Positions 62,413 to 64,000 of a stretch of 64,000 bases of DNA are shown piece after piece. Under the pieces are notes generated by a model. That model was not told where the DNA came from, searched no databases, and saw only the letters and a list, made by a program, of their open reading frames with translations. Every line of letters starts with the position of its first letter. The stretch's first letter is position 1. The position numbers were made by a program, and so were the translations under genes. The DNA comes from an uncultured bacterium (GTDB lineage Bacteria; Verrucomicrobiota; Verrucomicrobiia; Limisphaerales; UBA8199): assembly GCA_963749495.1 (NCBI GenBank), contig CAVVMW010000015.1, positions 224,001 to 288,000 of the forward strand, read 5' to 3'.

Positions 62413-63519
62413 TCACCTCCGTTCGGACCTTCGTTGCCTGGGGAACACCGGTTGGGTCCAGGCCACCTGCCCGTCGGAGTTGGTGATGCGAGCGCGGACG
62501 TAAAGCTCCTGGCCGGTGAATTCGTAAACCGGGTTAAGGCTCTCGTCGAGCTTGAGCAGTTGTCCGCCCTTGCCGATGAACTCGGTGCGGTACAACTCGG
62601 GATTGGCGCCCGGCAGCGACCAGCCCAGGTCGTGCGTCCGATCACTGAGACCGATCCGAACGCTTGCGGCCGTGACCTCGTAGGTCTCGAGGATGACCCC
62701 CGTCGTGGCGTAGAAGTCCCCGCGATTCATCGCTTCAAGCAGCGCCTGGGTGGACAACTCTCTCGCACGCACCATGATCCACGCCCGGCCCGGATTGGCC
62801 AGGGGCGAACCGGCGGTGCGACTGGAGATGAATTCGTAGAAGTGGTGGCAGTCATCGACCGCCGTGGCGTACAGGATGCGTCCGGTGGAAAGGACGGCGT
62901 CCCATATCTGTTCGGTGGAGGGCTTGCCGCCGCCGCCCAGGTTGTTCATGCCCGGCTCGGCATTCCACACCTCGAAGAAGCGCGGAGTTGGCACTTTGTC
63001 TGAGGCGAGAAGATCCTCGGGCCTGAGCGCATAGGTGAGGTTGGGGTGGGCGGCGATGGGCAAGCCCCCGGCCCGGCGGATGGCCCTGGCTTCGCTGTCG
63101 AGCACCGCGGCTACGGTGTCCCCAGTCGGCAGGTCAGCCGGCCCGTTGATGCCGATGCCGATGGTGTCCACGATCTTGTTCCCCGCCTGGATGGGGTCCT
63201 TGCTCAACTCGGTGCCAGGGACGACCAGAAACCGGCCCGGCGCGTCGAAGAGCGCCTTGAGCCCCTCCGGGGGCGTGTAGTAGTTGAGGTCGGTCACGGC
63301 GACGAAGTTGAAGTTGTGCTCGCGGTACCAACGCACCACGACATCGGGCGCGGTGGTGGGCAGTTGCGGCACACCCCAGTTGGCGTGGGCATGAACGGCT
63401 CCTTTATACCAGGCGGCAGGCGCGGGCTGGGCGAGCACTTGCTCGGCGGAGGGTGGTGCCGCAGAAGCGAGGAAGGGAGCCAGGGAAAGTACCGCAAGGC
63501 TCGGCGCGATGGTTTTCAT
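62413..63519 (-). CDS. Secreted PHP-like (CehA/McbA-type) metallohydrolase
   Basis: WYKGAVHAHA, YREHNFNFVAVTD, AAHPN, EVWN, ATAVDDCH, GDFYATTG. Confidence 0.8.
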   Translation of the reverse strand: MKTIAPSLAVLSLAPFLASAAPPSAEQVLAQPAPAAWYKGAVHAHANWGVPQLPTTAPDVVVRWYREHNFNFVAVTDLNYYTPPEGLKALFDAPGRFLVVPGTELSKDPIQAGNKIVDTIGIGINGPADLPTGDTVAAVLDSEARAIRRAGGLPIAAHPNLTYALRPEDLLASDKVPTPRFFEVWNAEPGMNNLGGGGKPSTEQIWDAVLSTGRILYATAVDDCHHFYEFISSRTAGSPLANPGRAWIMVRARELSTQALLEAMNRGDFYATTGVILETYEVTAASVRIGLSDRTHDLGWSLPGANPELYRTEFIGKGGQLLKLDESLNPVYEFTGQELYVRARITNSDGQVAWTQPVFPRQRRSERR

Positions 63520-63913
63520 GGCTGCCTTGTAGCGCAGGACCGCTCCTCGGTCAAGGGCGCCGGCAGAATGATCGGGCAGCGGAACAAAGCAGAATCATCA
63601 GGGAAATACTCCTGTGATGGTTCTGTCAGCAGTGATTCTGGATGAGGTTGCCGCCAGAACGGGCGAAGCTGAGCACCGGGGCGGCGGGCACAAGGGGCGC
63701 GCGCGGCAGGCCACGAGGGCGCCTGCAGCGGGGTCGTTAATCCGCACGCGGTTGCCCTTGGCCTCCCACGAGGACCCTCGCAATTCGTTGCTTGACTTTT
63801 CCACGCAACTGCCTCACGATGCCGCCCAGAAGCCTGACTTAATCCAATATTGAGTCTGTTGGCGTGCAGGAACGAGAAATGCCCCGCAACGGGCCGCTAG
63901 GACAAACAAACCT

Positions 63914-64000
63914 ATGAGAATAGTCAAGACCCTGAAATGGATCGGATGGCTGCTTGGCGCAGCGATCCTAACCTCCTCAGTTCATGCCGATTACGTCTCC
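63914..64000 (+). CDS. Start of a secreted protein (runs off the window)
   Basis: MRIVKTLKWIGWLLGAAILTSSVHADYVS signal peptide; TTGACT-N17-CACGAT upstream at 63792. Confidence 0.6.
   Translation, partial: MRIVKTLKWIGWLLGAAILTSSVHADYVS

Overview
High-GC bacterial window. It is probably Verrucomicrobiota; this is inferred from the ECF sigma factor with a long C-terminal extension, the REPxYQGK-type HEAT protein, the PQQ/LamG secreted proteins and PVC-type palindromic repeats. It is an accessory, mosaic region containing: a mod-like ABC/ThiF operon; DUF4160/DUF2442 and VapC toxin-antitoxin-like pairs; a chromate transporter; a decayed rfbH plus reductase; secreted glycoside hydrolase, PQQ and LamG proteins; many gene fragments; and several single-base frameshifts that look like long-read errors. 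The main candidate system is a translationally coupled six-gene minus-strand operon (31013-42317). Its core is a DUF499 ATPase, a small DUF3780-like protein, a DUF1156 adenine methylase and a PLD-SNF2 helicase (restriction-like / BREX-related). A two-gene insert (pol-beta-like nucleotidyltransferase plus an unknown 311-aa protein) sits inside it, and the block is bracketed by a 104-bp direct repeat that is the 5' part of a GH38-like gene. Other candidate defence or mobile modules: an N6-MTase + HNH pair bracketed by 68-bp direct repeats, an orphan ParA + small partner, and an HNH gene followed by an attC-like site. Three MITE-like elements with target duplications were found, one inserted in frame into a signal peptide. 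No rRNA, tRNA or CRISPR array was seen. All family names come from motif recognition by eye, not database searches.
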